A stretch of DNA of 64,000 nt from Octopus sinensis (Eukaryota), in NCBI RefSeq assembly GCF_006345805.1, contig NC_042999.1, positions 22,568,001-22,632,000 on the forward strand, given 5' to 3'. This document shows, in pieces, positions 47,171 to 60,639 of the stretch. The translations under genes and the position numbers were made by a program. Numbering within the stretch: position 1 is the first letter of the stretch; each line of letters opens with the position of its first letter. The notes below the pieces were generated by a model. That model was not told where the DNA came from, searched no databases, and was given only the letters and a program-made list of their open reading frames with translations.

Positions 47171-50070
47171 TACAATAAGATATATGTGTCTGTGGAATTT
47201 CAAAAGTACACATTTCCATAAGAAAAATAAAATTGAAGTTGTGATTTTGTTTTGTGTGGCTGTGTAGTAGGAAGTTTGCTTTCCAACCACATGGTTCTGG
47301 GCACCTTGGGCAAGTGTCTTCTACTATAGCCTCGAGCTGACCAAAGCTTTGTGAGTGGGTTTGATAGTGGGAAACTAAAAGAAGCCTGCCATTTGTGTGT
47401 GTCACCATCACTTGACAACCGATGCTGGTGCATTTATGTATCTGTAACCTAGCGGTTCAGCAAAATAAACGATAGAACAAATGCCAAACTTTTGACAAAA
47501 GATTCTTCAAAGAAGTGCCCCAGTATGGCCGCAATATAATGACTGATTTAAATTTTTGCATCTGAACCAGGTAGATAGTTAAAAAAATAAATGAAATCAA
47601 AAATGAGGAAGTTACTGTCAGTTGCATGGTTTCACATGACAAAAGTAGGGCAACAAAAGAAACAAAGAAACATTTTCCAAGCTGGCATGGGTTGGACGGT
47701 TTGACAGGAGCTGACAAACCAGATAGCTGCCCAGTTGCCACTTGTCTGCTTTTGCCCACTTGACAATTGTCTGCTTTTTACAGCTGGATGCCCTTCCTAA
47801 TGCAAACCACTTTATAGAGTGTACTGGGTGCTTTTTACATAGCATTGGCACGAGTGCTTATTGCATGGCACCAGCACAATTTTACTCTTTTACTTGTTTC
47901 AGACATTTGACTGCAGCCATGCTGGAGCACTGCCTTTAGTCGAGCAAATCGACCCCAGGACTAATTCTTTGTAAGCTTACTACTTATTCTATTGGTCCCC
48001 TTTGTCAAACCGCTAAGGGGACATAAACACACCAGCATTGGTTGTCAAGCAATGTTGGGAGGACAAACACAGACACAAACATATACACACACATACATCA
48101 TCATCATTATCATCATCGTTTAACATCCGCTTTCCATGCTAGCATGGGTTGGACAATTTGACTGAGGACTGGTGAACCAGATGGCTGTACCAGACTCCAA
48201 TCTGATCTGGCAGATTTTCTACAGCTGGATGCCCTTCCTAATGCCAACCACTCCAAGAGTGTAGTGGGTGATTTTACATGCCACTGGCACAAGGGCCAGT
48301 CAAGCAGTACTGAAAACGGCCACACTCAAATGGTGTTTTTTTACATGCCACCTGCACAGGAGTATATATATATATAAATATATATACATACACATATATA
48401 TGACGGGTTTCTTTCAGTTTTCTATTTCTTTATTATCCACAAGAGGCTAAACATAGAGAGGACAGACAAAGGGATTAAGTCAATTACATCAACCCCAGTG
48501 CATAACTGTTACTTAATTTATCGACCCCAAAAAGATGAAAGGGAAAGTCAACCTCAGCGGAATTTGAACTCAGAACGTTATGGAAGACGAAATACTGCTA
48601 AGCATTTCGCCCAGCATGCTAACGTTTCTGCCAGCTCGCCACCTTAAGTTTCAGTTTCCGTCTACCAAATCCACTCACAAAGCTTTGGTCGGCCTGAGGC
48701 TATAGAAGAAGACACTTGACCAAGGTGCCATGCAGTGGGACTGAACCCGGAACCATGTGGTTGGTAAGCAAGCTACTTACCACACACCCACCGCTCCTGC
48801 ACCTATTTTGAAAATAATAATTTTTTTCAGAGTCAAAACCAGCAATGTTTAACTCAGAAATCCTAAACTATAGTAAATTCAATTTACTTCCTACTAAACC
48901 ATGGTCTGATTAAAACTTAAATCAGGTTATTTGAGGTCTTGATATCTTATACCTTTTTTAAGTATGCAGGTGATAGTGTTGTCAAAAGGGTTAAAATTTC
49001 AGCACTCCACACTCATACTCACATACATCCTTAGGTATTTTAGTTCATCCTATGTGTCCAGTTTCAACAAAGGTATTTCCACATGCTTGGAATCCTTTTT
49101 GTTGCTGTCACGGTTTTCTATTTTTTTTTTATTCTGTTCTAATTGTTTTCAAATTTGGGGAACTGATGTAGTTTTCTATGCTAATTCTTACCAGGAATAA
49201 CAACCTGTCATTTCTGTAGCACAGGGTTACTATGATAATTGGCATAGCAACTTTACTCTTATTTATAGCCAGGGAAAATAAAAAGATAAACTCGCAAAGA
49301 GCTTAGCTATGGATTCAGTTGTTACAAGCAGAGGAGAGAGAAACCCTGTCTCTAATGCGGGTAACATTTCCAGAAGGTCAGGTGTTTCTTGTTTTATCCC
49401 TTTTGTTACCATATTTCTGTTGAAATACATCTTTTTTGTTCCTATTAATTTATAGAATTCTGTGTCGCCATCGTATCTGCATCGCCTTACTGGCACTTGT
49501 GCTGGAAGCACATGAAAAATCATTTGAGTGAAGTCATTGCCAGTGCCGCTGGACTGGCTCCTGTGCAGGTGGCACATAAAAAGCACCATTTGAGCTTGGC
49601 CGTTGCCAGTACCACCTAACTGGCCCCTCGTGCTGGTGGCACGTAAAAGCACCCACTACACTCTCGGAGTGGTTGGTGTTAGGAAGGGCATCCAGCTGTA
49701 GAAACTCTGCCAGATCAGATTGGAGTCTGATTCACCAGACCTCGGTCAAATCGTCCAACCCATGCTAGCATGGAAAGCGGGCATTAAACGATGATGATGA
49801 TGATGAAGAATTTTGTAAAATAACTTCATTGTTATTAAGCTACTGTTTGGAACATTAATTAACATAAATTTTGCTCAAGAACACCACACACAGCCTGTCC
49901 AGAAATGGAACTCACAACCTCACAATTTGAAGGCCAACACTCTAACCACTGAGCTATGCACCTTAACACTCTCAGTACCATAAAGAAAAAGAAAAAAATC
50001 AGTCAACCACTTTCCTGTTTCATGACAACTAAAAGGACAGTACATTATTTACATTTGATGGATATTTGTC

Positions 50071-51843
50071 CTCTAAGCCCCTGTACCTGGCTTTTGTTGA
50101 CATGGAGAAAGCCTTCGACAGGGTCCCCCGATCCCTTATCTGGTGGTCAATGAGGAAACTAGGGATAGATGAATGGTTAGGGAGAGCTGTGCGAGCCATG
50201 TACAGAGACGCTGCTAGTAAGGTAAGGGTTGGCAATGAGTACAGTGAAGAATTCCGGGTAGAGGTTGGGGTCCACCAAGGTTCAGTCTTCAGTCCCCTCC
50301 TATTTATCATAGTCCTCCAGGCAATAACGGTGGAATTCAAGACAGGATGCCCCTGGGAGCTCCTCTATGCTGATGACCTTGCTCTAATTGCTGAGTCACT
50401 ATCAGAACTGGAGGAGAAGTTTCAGGTGTGGAAGCAAGGATTAGAATCGAAGGGCCTTAGAATCAACCTAGCCAAAACCAAAGTCCTAATAAGTAGGAAG
50501 GTAGACCAATCACAAACGACTTCAGGTAGATGGCCCTGCTCGATCTGTAAAAAAGGTGTAGGTAGAAACTATAAGGTGCACCAAGTGTAAGCTATGGACA
50601 CATAAGAGGTGCAGCAATGTCAAAGGAAGGCTAACTAGGAAAATAGTTTTTGTCTGTGGCAGATGCTCAGGAGCAATAAACACTGGAAATGTGCAGAGAC
50701 CAACTTCCACCACGTTCCAGGGAGACAAACTAGAAGTAGTTGATAGCTTCCGCTACCTAGGTGACCAAGTCAGTAGCGGGGGTGGGTGTGCTGAAAGTGT
50801 AACTGCTAGAGTAAGAATAGCCTGGGTAAAGTTTAGAGAGCTCTTACCCCTGCTGGTGACAAAAGGCCTCTCGCTCAGAGTAAAAGGCAGACTGTATGAT
50901 GCATGTGTACGTACAGCCATGCTACATGGTAGTGAAACATGGGCCGTGACTGCTGAGGATATGCATAAGCTCGCAAGAAATGAAGCCAGTATGCTCCAAT
51001 GGATGTGTAATGTCAGTGTTCATAATCGACAGAGTGTAAGTACCTTGAGAGAAAAGTTGGACCTAAGAAGTATCAGTTGTGGTGTGCAAGAGAGACTTTT
51101 GCGCTGGTATGGTCATGTGACGAGAATGGCTGAAGATAGTTGTGTGCAAAAGTGCCACACCCTAGCAGTTAAGGGAACCTGTGGAAGAGGTAGACCCAGG
51201 AAAACCTGGGACGAGGTGGTGAAGCATGACCTTCGCACTTTAGGTCTCACCAAGGAAATGACTAGAGACCGAGACCTATGGAAGTATGCTGTGCGTGAGA
51301 AGACCCGGCAAGACTAGTGAGACCATAACCTGTGGCCTCTACCTGGTATGTAGCCAGTCGACTTATACATACCTTTCCTTCTTGGGACACAAAACTCCAC
51401 TTGTGAAGACCCGTTGTGACAAGTGAAAATCAAAATCAAATCAAACCAAATCAAATCAGATATCAGAAATCAGAACCAAAATTGAAGTCGATCAACATCA
51501 GTGGAAATTGCGGCTGTGATACCAGTGCCGGTGACGAGTAAGCGAACCATCCGATCGTGGCCGTTGCCAGTGCCGCCCCGTCTGGCCTCCGTGCCAGTGG
51601 CACATAAAAGCGCCATCCGTTCGTGGCCGTTTGCCCGCTCCGTCTGGCTCCTGTGCGGGTGGCACGTAAAAAGCACCCACTACACTCGCGGAGTGGTTGG
51701 CGTTAGGAAGGGCATCCAGCCGTAGAAACACTGCCAGATCAGACTGGGCCTGATGCAGCCTTCTGGCTTCACAGACCCCAGTTGAACCGTCCAACCCATG
51801 CTAGCATGGAAAACGGACGCTAAATGATGATGATGATAATGAT
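50071..51843 (+). mobile_element. 5'-truncated RTE-clade LINE: RT domain, PHD-like insert, C-terminus, 3' UTR, (GAT)n tail
   Basis: AFVDMEKAFDRV, GVHQGSVFSPLLF, LLYADD motifs. One frameshift near 50570 separates ORFs 50066..50590 and 50691..51317. Confidence 0.95.
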
Positions 51844-52261
51844 GATCTTGTTTGTTGTTAATACAATGTTTCAGCTGATATACCCTCCAGCCTTCATCAG
51901 GTGTCTTGGGGAAATTTCCAACCTGGGTTCTCATTCCTAAGGTAATTTTGATATTATTATTATTCAGGTCACTATCTGGAATTGAACACGGAATCTTGGG
52001 GTTAGTAGCCTGCGCTCTTAACCACTATGCCATATGCCCGTGGGCCAGCACACGGGCATGTGACATAGTAGTTAAAAGCGCAGGCTACTAACCCCAAGAA
52101 TCCGAGTTCAATTCCAAGCAGTGACCTGAACAATAACAATATTAATAATAATAATATCGAAAAATACCTTAGGAATGAGAACCCAGGTTCAAAATTTCCC
52201 CAAGACACCTGATGAAGGCTGGAGGGTATATCAGCCGAAACGTATTAACAACAAACAAGAT
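51844..52261. mobile_element. Head-to-head inverted pair of tRNA-headed elements, each with a hammerhead-like motif
   Basis: Arms 51844-52042 and 52051-52261 are reverse complements. A box TGGCATAGTGG and B box GTTCAATTCC. CTGATGA...GAAAC cores at 51861-51905 (-) and 52204-52244 (+). Confidence 0.75.
52204..52244 (+). ncRNA. Degenerate minimal hammerhead ribozyme-like motif
   Basis: GACAC-CTGATGA-A-GGCTG-N10-CAGCC-GAAA-CGT-A. The stem I 3' strand is damaged in this copy. Confidence 0.5.
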
Positions 52262-52329
52262 GAGGACAAATATCTGTTGAATATAAATAACGTACATAAT
52301 TCCTCATCTCTTAAATATAGAACTGTAAA

Positions 52330-52600
52330 GGGACCATGTCTGGTACTCAAAACTTCCAGCTTAAGAACCTCACCCATCTCATAGATTTGCGGTTTCTCTT
52401 CAATCTGCCCTATCGTGATCAGTGCTAATGAAGCTCTATCTGACCTCCATACCATTAACTCTGGTGTGTCCCAAGGTTTGATTTTGTCTCCCACACTCTT
52501 CGTTCTATACACTAACCTACCTACTTGCCATCATTTCCAGCAACATCCACTCGTATACAGCCGATACCATTCCTCATTCTTCCATAGCCTTCCACACTCG
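52330..52600 (+). pseudogene. Unrelated LINE RT fragment
   Basis: INSGVSQGLILSPTLFVLYTN resembles the GVPQGS-x-LSP-x-LF RT motif. Confidence 0.6.
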
Positions 52601-52732
52601 AGTATAGCATAAACTGTTTGTTTCTGCACAAATGTCAAGAAGTAATTTCTCCAGGAGGCAGGCAAGAGATTGTGTGAATTATTTCTTTGTGAGTTTTTTA
52701 ATGAAGAAACCTTATTTAAATCTCCCCCACAG

Positions 52733-52865
52733 GACCCAAATGAAGACACTCAGTGGAACGATGTTCTCCGGGCAAAAGGTATTCTACCACCCAAAGAAGA
52801 GAAAGAAATCACAGAAGATGAGATTATTAAACTTGTAGAAAGCACCATTAAGGAAAAAACAACTG
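52733..52865 (+). CDS. PDCL3: PDCL3 exon 2 ([22 protein letters not shown]...)
   Basis: CCCCCACAG acceptor, G|GTAAGA donor, 133 nt, phase 0-1. Hallmark PhLP2/PDCL3 N-terminal motif. Confidence 0.96.
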
Positions 52866-54657
52866 GTAAGATATTTCATTATTATTATTATTATTATTAT
52901 TCATTTAATGTCCGCTTTCCATGCTAGCATGGGTTGGACGATTTGACTGAGGTCTGGCAAACCAGATGGCTGCACCAGACTCCAATCTGATCTGGCAGAG
53001 TTTCTACAGCTGGATGCCCTTCCTAATGCCAACCATTCTGAGAGGGCAATGGGTGCTTTTACGTGCCACCGGCGCGAGGGTCAGTCAGGTAGTACTGGCA
53101 GCGGCTATGCTCAAATGGTGCTTTTTATGTGGCACCTGCACAGGAGCCAGTCCAGTGGCACTGGCAACGACCTCACTCAAATGTTTTTTCACGTGCCACC
53201 AGCTCAAGTGCCAGTAAATTGTTGTTGTTGTTATCATATAAGGCAGCAAGCTGGCAGAGTCGTTAGCATGCTGGGCGAAATGCTTAGCGGTATTTCATCT
53301 GCTGCTGCATTCTGAGTTCAAATTCCACTGAAGTCGACTTTGCCTTTCATCCTTTCAGGGGTCGATAAAATAAGTACTAGTTGAACAATGAGGCCAATTT
53401 AATCAACTCATTCCCTGCCCCAAAATTACTGCCCTTGTGGCAAAATTTGAAATCATTATTATTATTGAGTGAGTGAGAGAGCAGTGCATGCCATCAAAGT
53501 GACACTGGGGTAAAAATATATGAAGCCCAGTATACCCATCATGACTACCCTTCTGATAAGGGTACACATGGCACATGCATCACAACCATATGTGCGCGAC
53601 ATGGTGATCTCATATCAAGATAAACAGCACATGACCTTGCAGGTGGGGCCCAGTTAGAATTTTCTTCTGGTCGAAGAGCCCATCCTACTCAAAAGTTCCC
53701 TGAATAAGGGTTGTTTAAGGATGTAGAACGAAACACCCATGTTTCCAGAGGTGAATTATTCAAACCCCAAAGAATCCTTCTCAACGCATGGATAGGATGC
53801 TCTCCCACTACTTCTGCTCATGATCCGAGATACATATAGTCAACCACTAAGGGACATGGTCAACTGGTTATGGTCAAACAACTGACAAGCAAATCTGTGG
53901 TATTGGGCAGAATATTTGCTGTAGCCCATCTTTTATACCAAGACAAAACAATGTACATGATAACACTTCCAATCAGTTAAGATCAGAAGCCATGAGAGCC
54001 ACTGCCTGGTACTGCATCAGGGCATTTGTTGTTGGTGGTGGTGTTGTTGTTGTTGTAGTAGTAGTAGTAGTAGACATGACACTATATACAATATCGTGAG
54101 GTTGTTGATTGAAGATATTGTGTCTACTGGGTGGCTTGTTTTGTTTGTCAAGTCACACAACAAGACCCTCAGACAGACAGTACTTTACGCAATATGTGTG
54201 CAGTTCCAAGTAATGCCAACTTTTGCAATACATCTAGATCGTAGGGTATTTCTAAAGTTTTCAAATGTTTTTTTCATATTGGGTGGTATTGAACCCAATG
54301 TTCCAATGACAATAGTGAGGATACACCTGTGATATAAAAAGATAATATAAAAAGAGAAATGGGCTCTCTACCCCTCTTTTGACCAGGCACCCGTGGCTTT
54401 TATGGGTTTTTCCAGGAGTAACCTTTCGAAGCGCCTCCCCCTATTGGGAGTTTTAATTGTTATATTTTCGTTGTTATTTCACATTTTTACACGGACTTTT
54501 TTTCAACCAGACAAAACCCTTTTGTAACTTTCGTCCTGTATTTGTCCCTACATGTTTTAATTGATTTTTGTTAGCCCTTGTGGCCAATAAACGAATTATT
54601 ATTATCATCATCATCATCATAGTTATTATTATTATTATTATTATTATTGTTATACAG

Positions 54658-54748
54658 ACAAATCCCTAGAAGAATTAACACTTGATGAATTAGATGAACA
54701 AGAAGATGAAATAGATGAAGAAGAAGAGCGAATATTTCAAGAATACAG
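54658..54748 (+). CDS. PDCL3: PDCL3 exon 3 (DKSLEELTLDELDEQEDEIDEEEERIFQEYR)
   Basis: TATACAG acceptor, AG|GTTGGT donor, 91 nt, phase 1-2. Confidence 0.93.
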
Positions 54749-56162
54749 GTTGGTACAGTTTCTATCTGAATTTAAATACAGGTTTTCTCAGTGGGAACTC
54801 TTATGGGGATGGGCATCTAGATTCACAGTTCTGAGCACTTTGGGATATTACTCTTTTACTTGTTTCAGTCATTTGATTGCGGCCATGCTGGAGCACCACA
54901 TTTAGTCGAGCAGATCGACCCCAGGACTTATTCTTTGTAAGCCTAGTACTTATTCTATCGGTCTCTTTTGCTGAACCACTAAGTTACGGGGATGTAAACA
55001 CACCAGCATCAGTTGTCAAGCGATGTTGGGGGGGACAAACACAAACACACACACACACACATATATATATATACATATACATATATACGACAGGCTTCTT
55101 TCAGTTTCCATGTACCAAATCCACCCACAAGGCTTTGGTCGGCCCAAGGCACCACGCAGTGAGACTGAATCCGCAACCATGTGGTTGGTAAGCAAGCTAC
55201 TTACCACACTGCCACTCCTGTACCTAGTGCCCATAGCTCTTTTTACAAGACCTCCATAACTGATGAGTTTCTGCTTTAGAAAGCAATGCATTTATTCTCA
55301 GACTACAATACTTGCATGCTTAGTACCAAGTGATTTGGCTAAAGGTATCCAAAGTCCAAGTAGGGGTATGAATCCTTTAGCATTTAAACTGGCCATATTT
55401 GGCGCAAATATTCTGCTCGTTTTATACTCAAACTGGCCAGATCCAGCCTCTTACTCCTATCACATACACTGTTATTCCGAAACTAAGCAATCACATTATC
55501 AAAATTTCAAAGCTGCATGATAATGCATGGTTAATTCTAAACAATACAATGTGAGTTCATGGTTGTTTCCTGCACCAGTTTCACATAGCAGCCCCAGCCC
55601 ATCCAAAGTACCTTGGATTGCAGAACAACCTGCTGTGCTTACCTTAGATCATAGAGTGACCTGCTGTGCTTCAGGAGACCTATTGAGTCAAGTACATCAA
55701 CATTAAAATATAAATCAAATGGGAATTGTAGTTGTGTTACCTGTGCCGGTGGCACGTAAAAAGCACCATCTAAACGTGGCCAATGCCTGCACCGCCTTGA
55801 CTGGCTTCCGTGCCGGTGGCACATAAAAAGCACCAACCAATTGTGGCCGCTGCCAGCCTCCCCTGGCACCTGTGCCGGTCACACATAAAAAGCACCCACT
55901 ACACTCACGGAGTGGTTGGCATTAGGAAGGGCATCCAGCTGTAGAAACACTGCCAGATCAGACTGGAGCCTGGTGCAGCCTCCTGGTTTCCTGGACCCCG
56001 GTCAAACCGCCTAACCCATACTAGCACGGAAAATGGATGCTAAACGATGATGATGATGATGATAATGAATAAGCAATACTTTTGACAGTTTACATCTATT
56101 GCCTAAATGTAATGTGCCCATATTTAATGATCTTTATCCTATTTGTTCCTTCTCTCTTTCAG

Positions 56163-56306
56163 ACGGCAACGCATGTTAGAAATGAAAGCAGCCAACCTGG
56201 CTGCAAAATATGGGGATGTTTTAGAAATTTCCAAAGAAGATTATGTTACAGAAGTTAACAAAGCAGGCGAAGGAGTGTGGGTCATCCTTCATGTCTATAA
56301 ATGTGG
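56163..56306 (+). CDS. PDCL3: PDCL3 exon 4 (RQRMLEMK...[32 protein letters not shown])
   Basis: CTCTTTCAG acceptor, GG|GTGAGT donor, 144 nt, phase 2-2. Confidence 0.95.
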
Positions 56307-56670
56307 GTGAGTAAAATAACTGTCTGTTTAGGTATTACTGAAAATTCAACTATTCTACTCTTTTACTTGTTTCAGTCATTTGACTGTGTCCATGCTAGAG
56401 CACTGCCTTTAGTCAAGCAAATTAACCCCAGGACTTATTCTTTTGTAAGCCTAGTACTTATTCTATCAGTCTCTTTTGCCAAATCGCTAAGTTACATAAT
56501 AATAATAATAATAATAATTGTGTACAGTGCTCAGGTGCACTACAACTCATCTAAAGTGTATATATAATCAGGTGTAGTTTCGACGGATTTCGGGAAGCAT
56601 GAGGGCCTTAAAGGATGCAGTGTCATGGCATCAGTTGTCAAGCGATGTTGGGGGGACAAACATATACACC

Positions 56671-56702
<32 letters not shown>

Positions 56703-57356
56703 CGACAGGCTTCTTTCAGTTTCTGTCTACCAAATCCACTCACAAGGTTTTGGTCATCCTGATACTATAGTAGAAGACATTTGCCATGCAATGGGACTGA
56801 AGCCGCTGTCCAATTTTATTTTTGGTTGTATTTTATTGTTTAAAAATCACGCCAAAACTAACCCCGCCTGTACTAGTGCTACGTAAAAAGCACTGAGTCC
56901 ACCCTGCTAAAACAGACACAGTAGTCTAGGGTAGTCTTCTACCTTGCTGGCTCATGTCAACCATCCTACCCTTGCATGGAAGACAGACATTAAATAATGA
57001 TGATGATGATAGTGTTAGTCATTAGACTGAGGTCATGCTGGAGCACCGCCTTGAAGAATGAATCAACCCTAGTACTTATTTTTTGTAAGCCTGGTACTTA
57101 TTCTGTTAGTCTTTTTTGCCAAACCGCTAAGTTACAGGGATGTAACCATACCAGCACCATTTGTCAAGTGGTGATAGGACACACACACATATATATATAT
57201 GAGGGAGAGAGAGAAATGATGAGCAGGTAAATTATACATGGCATGAAAGATGTTACATAAGAACATTTGATGAAGAAAAAATATAGTCCCACATAAATCT
57301 TTACAGCTGTTTCAAAAATTTTCTACAATAATTTGTTTTTGTTCTTGTTGTTGTAG

Positions 57357-57565
57357 TATTCCATTGTGTACGCTCATAAACCAACATCTAACTGGCCTTG
57401 CACGTAAGTTCCCACAGACGAAATTCATCAAGAGCATATCGTCGGTCTGTATTCCAAATTACCCCGACAAAAACTTACCCACCATCTTTGTATACTTCGA
57501 AGGAAATATAAAGAAGCAGTTTGTTGGTCCATTTGCCTTTGGTGGAATGAAACTAACAATTGATG
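57357..57565 (+). CDS. PDCL3: PDCL3 exon 5, thioredoxin-like domain ([11 protein letters not shown]...KFP...[16 protein letters not shown])
   Basis: TTGTAG acceptor, G|GTAAGT donor, 209 nt, phase 2-1. Confidence 0.96.
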
Positions 57566-58847
57566 GTAAGTAACACTTATAATCTCCAAACACTCTTTTG
57601 GATTTTCTTGGTTTATACTTCATGTTATTTGCCCCACCTCTCCAAAAAAAATGGTGCATGCTAAATGGCTTAGAATATTCAATTTTCTCTCCTGCTTTCT
57701 GAGGCTGAATCCCGTGAAGACATGGGATGAAGTACTGAGGAATGACCTCAGGATGCTGAGCCTTTCAGGCAAGATGATAAAGGACTGAGATGCCTTGTGC
57801 CTTGCTGTACTCAAGAAAACCCATATTCCACAGCAAAAGTGTTAAGATCAGTCCCTACTGGTGCTGCCTCATAAAGTGTCCATGCAGTGCCATATAAGCG
57901 TGTCCATGCAGTGCTGCGTAAAAGCACCCAGCACATTCTGTAGTGGTTGGCATTAGGAAGGGCATCTAACCATAGAAACCTTGCCAAATCAGATTGGAGT
58001 CTGGTGCAGCTCTTGTCAAGCCATCCAATCCATGCCAGCATGGACAACAGATGTTAAATGATGATGAGGAGGAGGCTTGGTTATTAGCTCCTATTTTGAC
58101 ATGTGAATATGTACCACGAATCCAGGACTTTTGTATGTAAAGGTGTAATGATCCTCTTTGCTACAATGGCCTGGGCAGTTTTTGTTGTTTTGTTACTTTT
58201 TTTCTCTCTCTTTTGAAAGGCATAAACATGGCTCTGTAGTTAAGTTTGCTTCCCAACCACATAGTTATAGATTGAGTACCATTTCATGGTCTTCTACTAT
58301 GGTCCAGCTTTGTGAGTGGATTTGATAGACTGAAACTGAAAGAAACCCGTTGTGTGCATGTGTGTGTGTGTTGATATCTCTTTGTCTTGACACCATGTGA
58401 TTGTTGTAAATAGGTGCCACTGTTATATGAATGGTGTGCTTTATTTCCCGTTTTCTATGTAAATATGTCCATGGCTGGTTACAGGAAATAGTGAAAACAG
58501 GAAGGGCATCAGGCTGTAGGAAACCTGCCTCAACAAATTCCATCTAACCCATGCAAAAGTGGACGTTAAAACGATGGTGATTATGATAGAAGGCTAGCAG
58601 TTGTCCATGTATGCAGGTTTATCCTATTTACAGCATTGATGTTATCCAATGAAAATGCAAGGTGCAGTGCAGCTTGGCACCAGTGTCATCATAGACATTA
58701 TCATTAAAATGTGAATGGCTGCACAGATTACCCCAAGGTGCCTTATCTTGCACTGTAACAATTCTACCCTTTTGCCACTCTAGAGTGGTACTTTATCAAC
58801 TTCAAAGGAATATAAGGCAAAATTAGCTTTGGCGAGAATTGAATTTA

Positions 58848-59270
58848 AAGGCGGCGAGTTGGCAGAAGTGTTAGCACGCCGGTCGAAATGCTTAGCTGTA
58901 TTTCGTCTGCCATTACGTTCTGAGTTCAAATTCCGCCAAGGTCAACTTTGCCTTTCATCCTTTCAGGGTCGATAAATTAAGTACCAGTTACTCTCTGGGG
59001 TCAATGTGATCGACTTAATACCCATGTCTGTCCTTGTTTGTCCTCTCTGTGTTTAGCCCCTTGTGGGTAATAAAGAAATAGGTATTTCGTCTGCCGTTAC
59101 ATTCTGAGTTCAAATTCCGCCAAGGTTGACTTTGCCTTTCATCCTTTCGGGGGTCGATTAATTAAGTACCAGTTACGCACTGGGCTTGATGTAATCGACT
59201 TAATCCCTTTGTCTATCCTTGTTTGCCCCCTCTATGTTTAGCCTCTTGTGGGCAATAAAGAAATAAGAAT
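58848..59270 (+). mobile_element. Family C SINE with a 184-bp internal tandem duplication
   Basis: GTATTTCGTC at 58898 and 59082. Confidence 0.85.
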
Positions 59271-59934
59271 CGAATTTAAATCACTGGTTACCAGAAAAAA
59301 TGCCACAAGTCATTTTATCCAGTGCTCTAATTACTCTCTCTGCCACTTTGTACCAGTAATATGCTGGATCAATCAGTTATGTTTCTGTTATGAGAATGAA
59401 TTGGACAGTTTGCAGTTACCTCCCTTTGCATTCTCTTCATCTTAAAAGAGGATTTACTTGTCAAGCCAATGTATTCGTTTGACTTGCTGGAAATGTCTAC
59501 TAAAGGTTCTCTGGGCATAGGTAGAAGATGGAATGATCACACCTGGAATACTTTTGATTATGTCTGCTCTCTCAGATACATAACCAAAGCTGTTCAGGTG
59601 CTTAAAAAACCACGACACAATAACTCCAAGTATATTTTTCTTTCTCATAAGCAATTCAAAAATATTTTTTTAAAAACCTTCAACCTTTGAAAGTGTTATA
59701 GGTCACGACCTCTCATGACCTTTCGGAACAAAGACACTTAATCCAAATTACATTCAGCTTAACTTTTTGCGGGGTTTTGTTTTTTTTCTTTTACATTCTG
59801 GGTCCAACCTGCCACCTTCAATCTTACCTTTCTTCCTTTCTCCCTTAATCTGGTGAGATAAAGTAGGCGTTAAATACTGGGGTCAATTTATGCTCCTTCA
59901 AAAATTTGTTGCATATGTTAGAAGTGATTACATA

Positions 59935-60147
59935 CAAGAGGGTACTGAAAGGTTTCTGGCTTTAAGGGTCTCATGAAAGGCCTAGTTGAAGGCCCAACCT
60001 TCCAAGTTTCTTTTACAAGGCTTAGAAAAACTGAAGGACCACTGCAATAAGTGTGTGAATCTGAGAGGGGAATATGTTGAATAAAATCATAATTAAATGA
60101 TCTTCCTCTATTTTACCCAAAGTCAGGAACTTTTCAGCACCCCCTTG
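59935..60147. mobile_element. Short mariner-type MITE
   Basis: TIRs CAAGAGGGTACTGAAAGGTTTCTGGCTTT / AAAGTCAGGAACTTTTCAGCACCCCCTTG with TA flanks. Confidence 0.75.
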
Positions 60148-60149
60148 TA

Positions 60150-60183
<34 letters not shown>

Positions 60184-60639
60184 CATAGGAGCGGCTGTGT
60201 GGTAAGTAGCTTGCTTACGAACCACATGGTTCCGGGTTCAGTCCCACTCCGTGGCACCTTGGCCAAGTGTCTTCTACTATAGCCTCGGGCTGACCAAAGC
60301 CTTGTAAGTGGATTTGGTAGATGGAAACTGAAAGAAGCCCATCGTATATATGTATGTATGTGTTCTTGAGCAAAACACTTCATTTCACGTTGCTCCAGTC
60401 CAATCAGCTGGCAAAAATGAGTATCGATGCGATGGACTGCTGTCCCGTCCAGCTGGGGAATACATACGCCATAGAAACCGGGAAACTGGGCCCATGAGCC
60501 TGGCTAGGCTTTAAAAGGGTGCATTAATTGATTGAATAATGATGACAAAGACAGTGTGTTGTTTGTGTGCATGTGTGGGTTTTTTGTTTTGTTTTTTTGT
60601 TTTTTTTATTAATATATTTTTATTTATTTGTCTTTCCAG

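Noticed and set aside
52054-52127. Functional tRNA genes here and at the SINE heads
   Set aside because: Only A/B boxes and a partial anticodon arm are present, the acceptor stem does not close, and each runs into repeat body sequence.
53465-54030. Unclassified ~560-bp segment, possibly a LINE 5' UTR with a ribozyme
   Set aside because: Single copy in this window, no ORF, and no complete HDV or hammerhead fold could be drawn.
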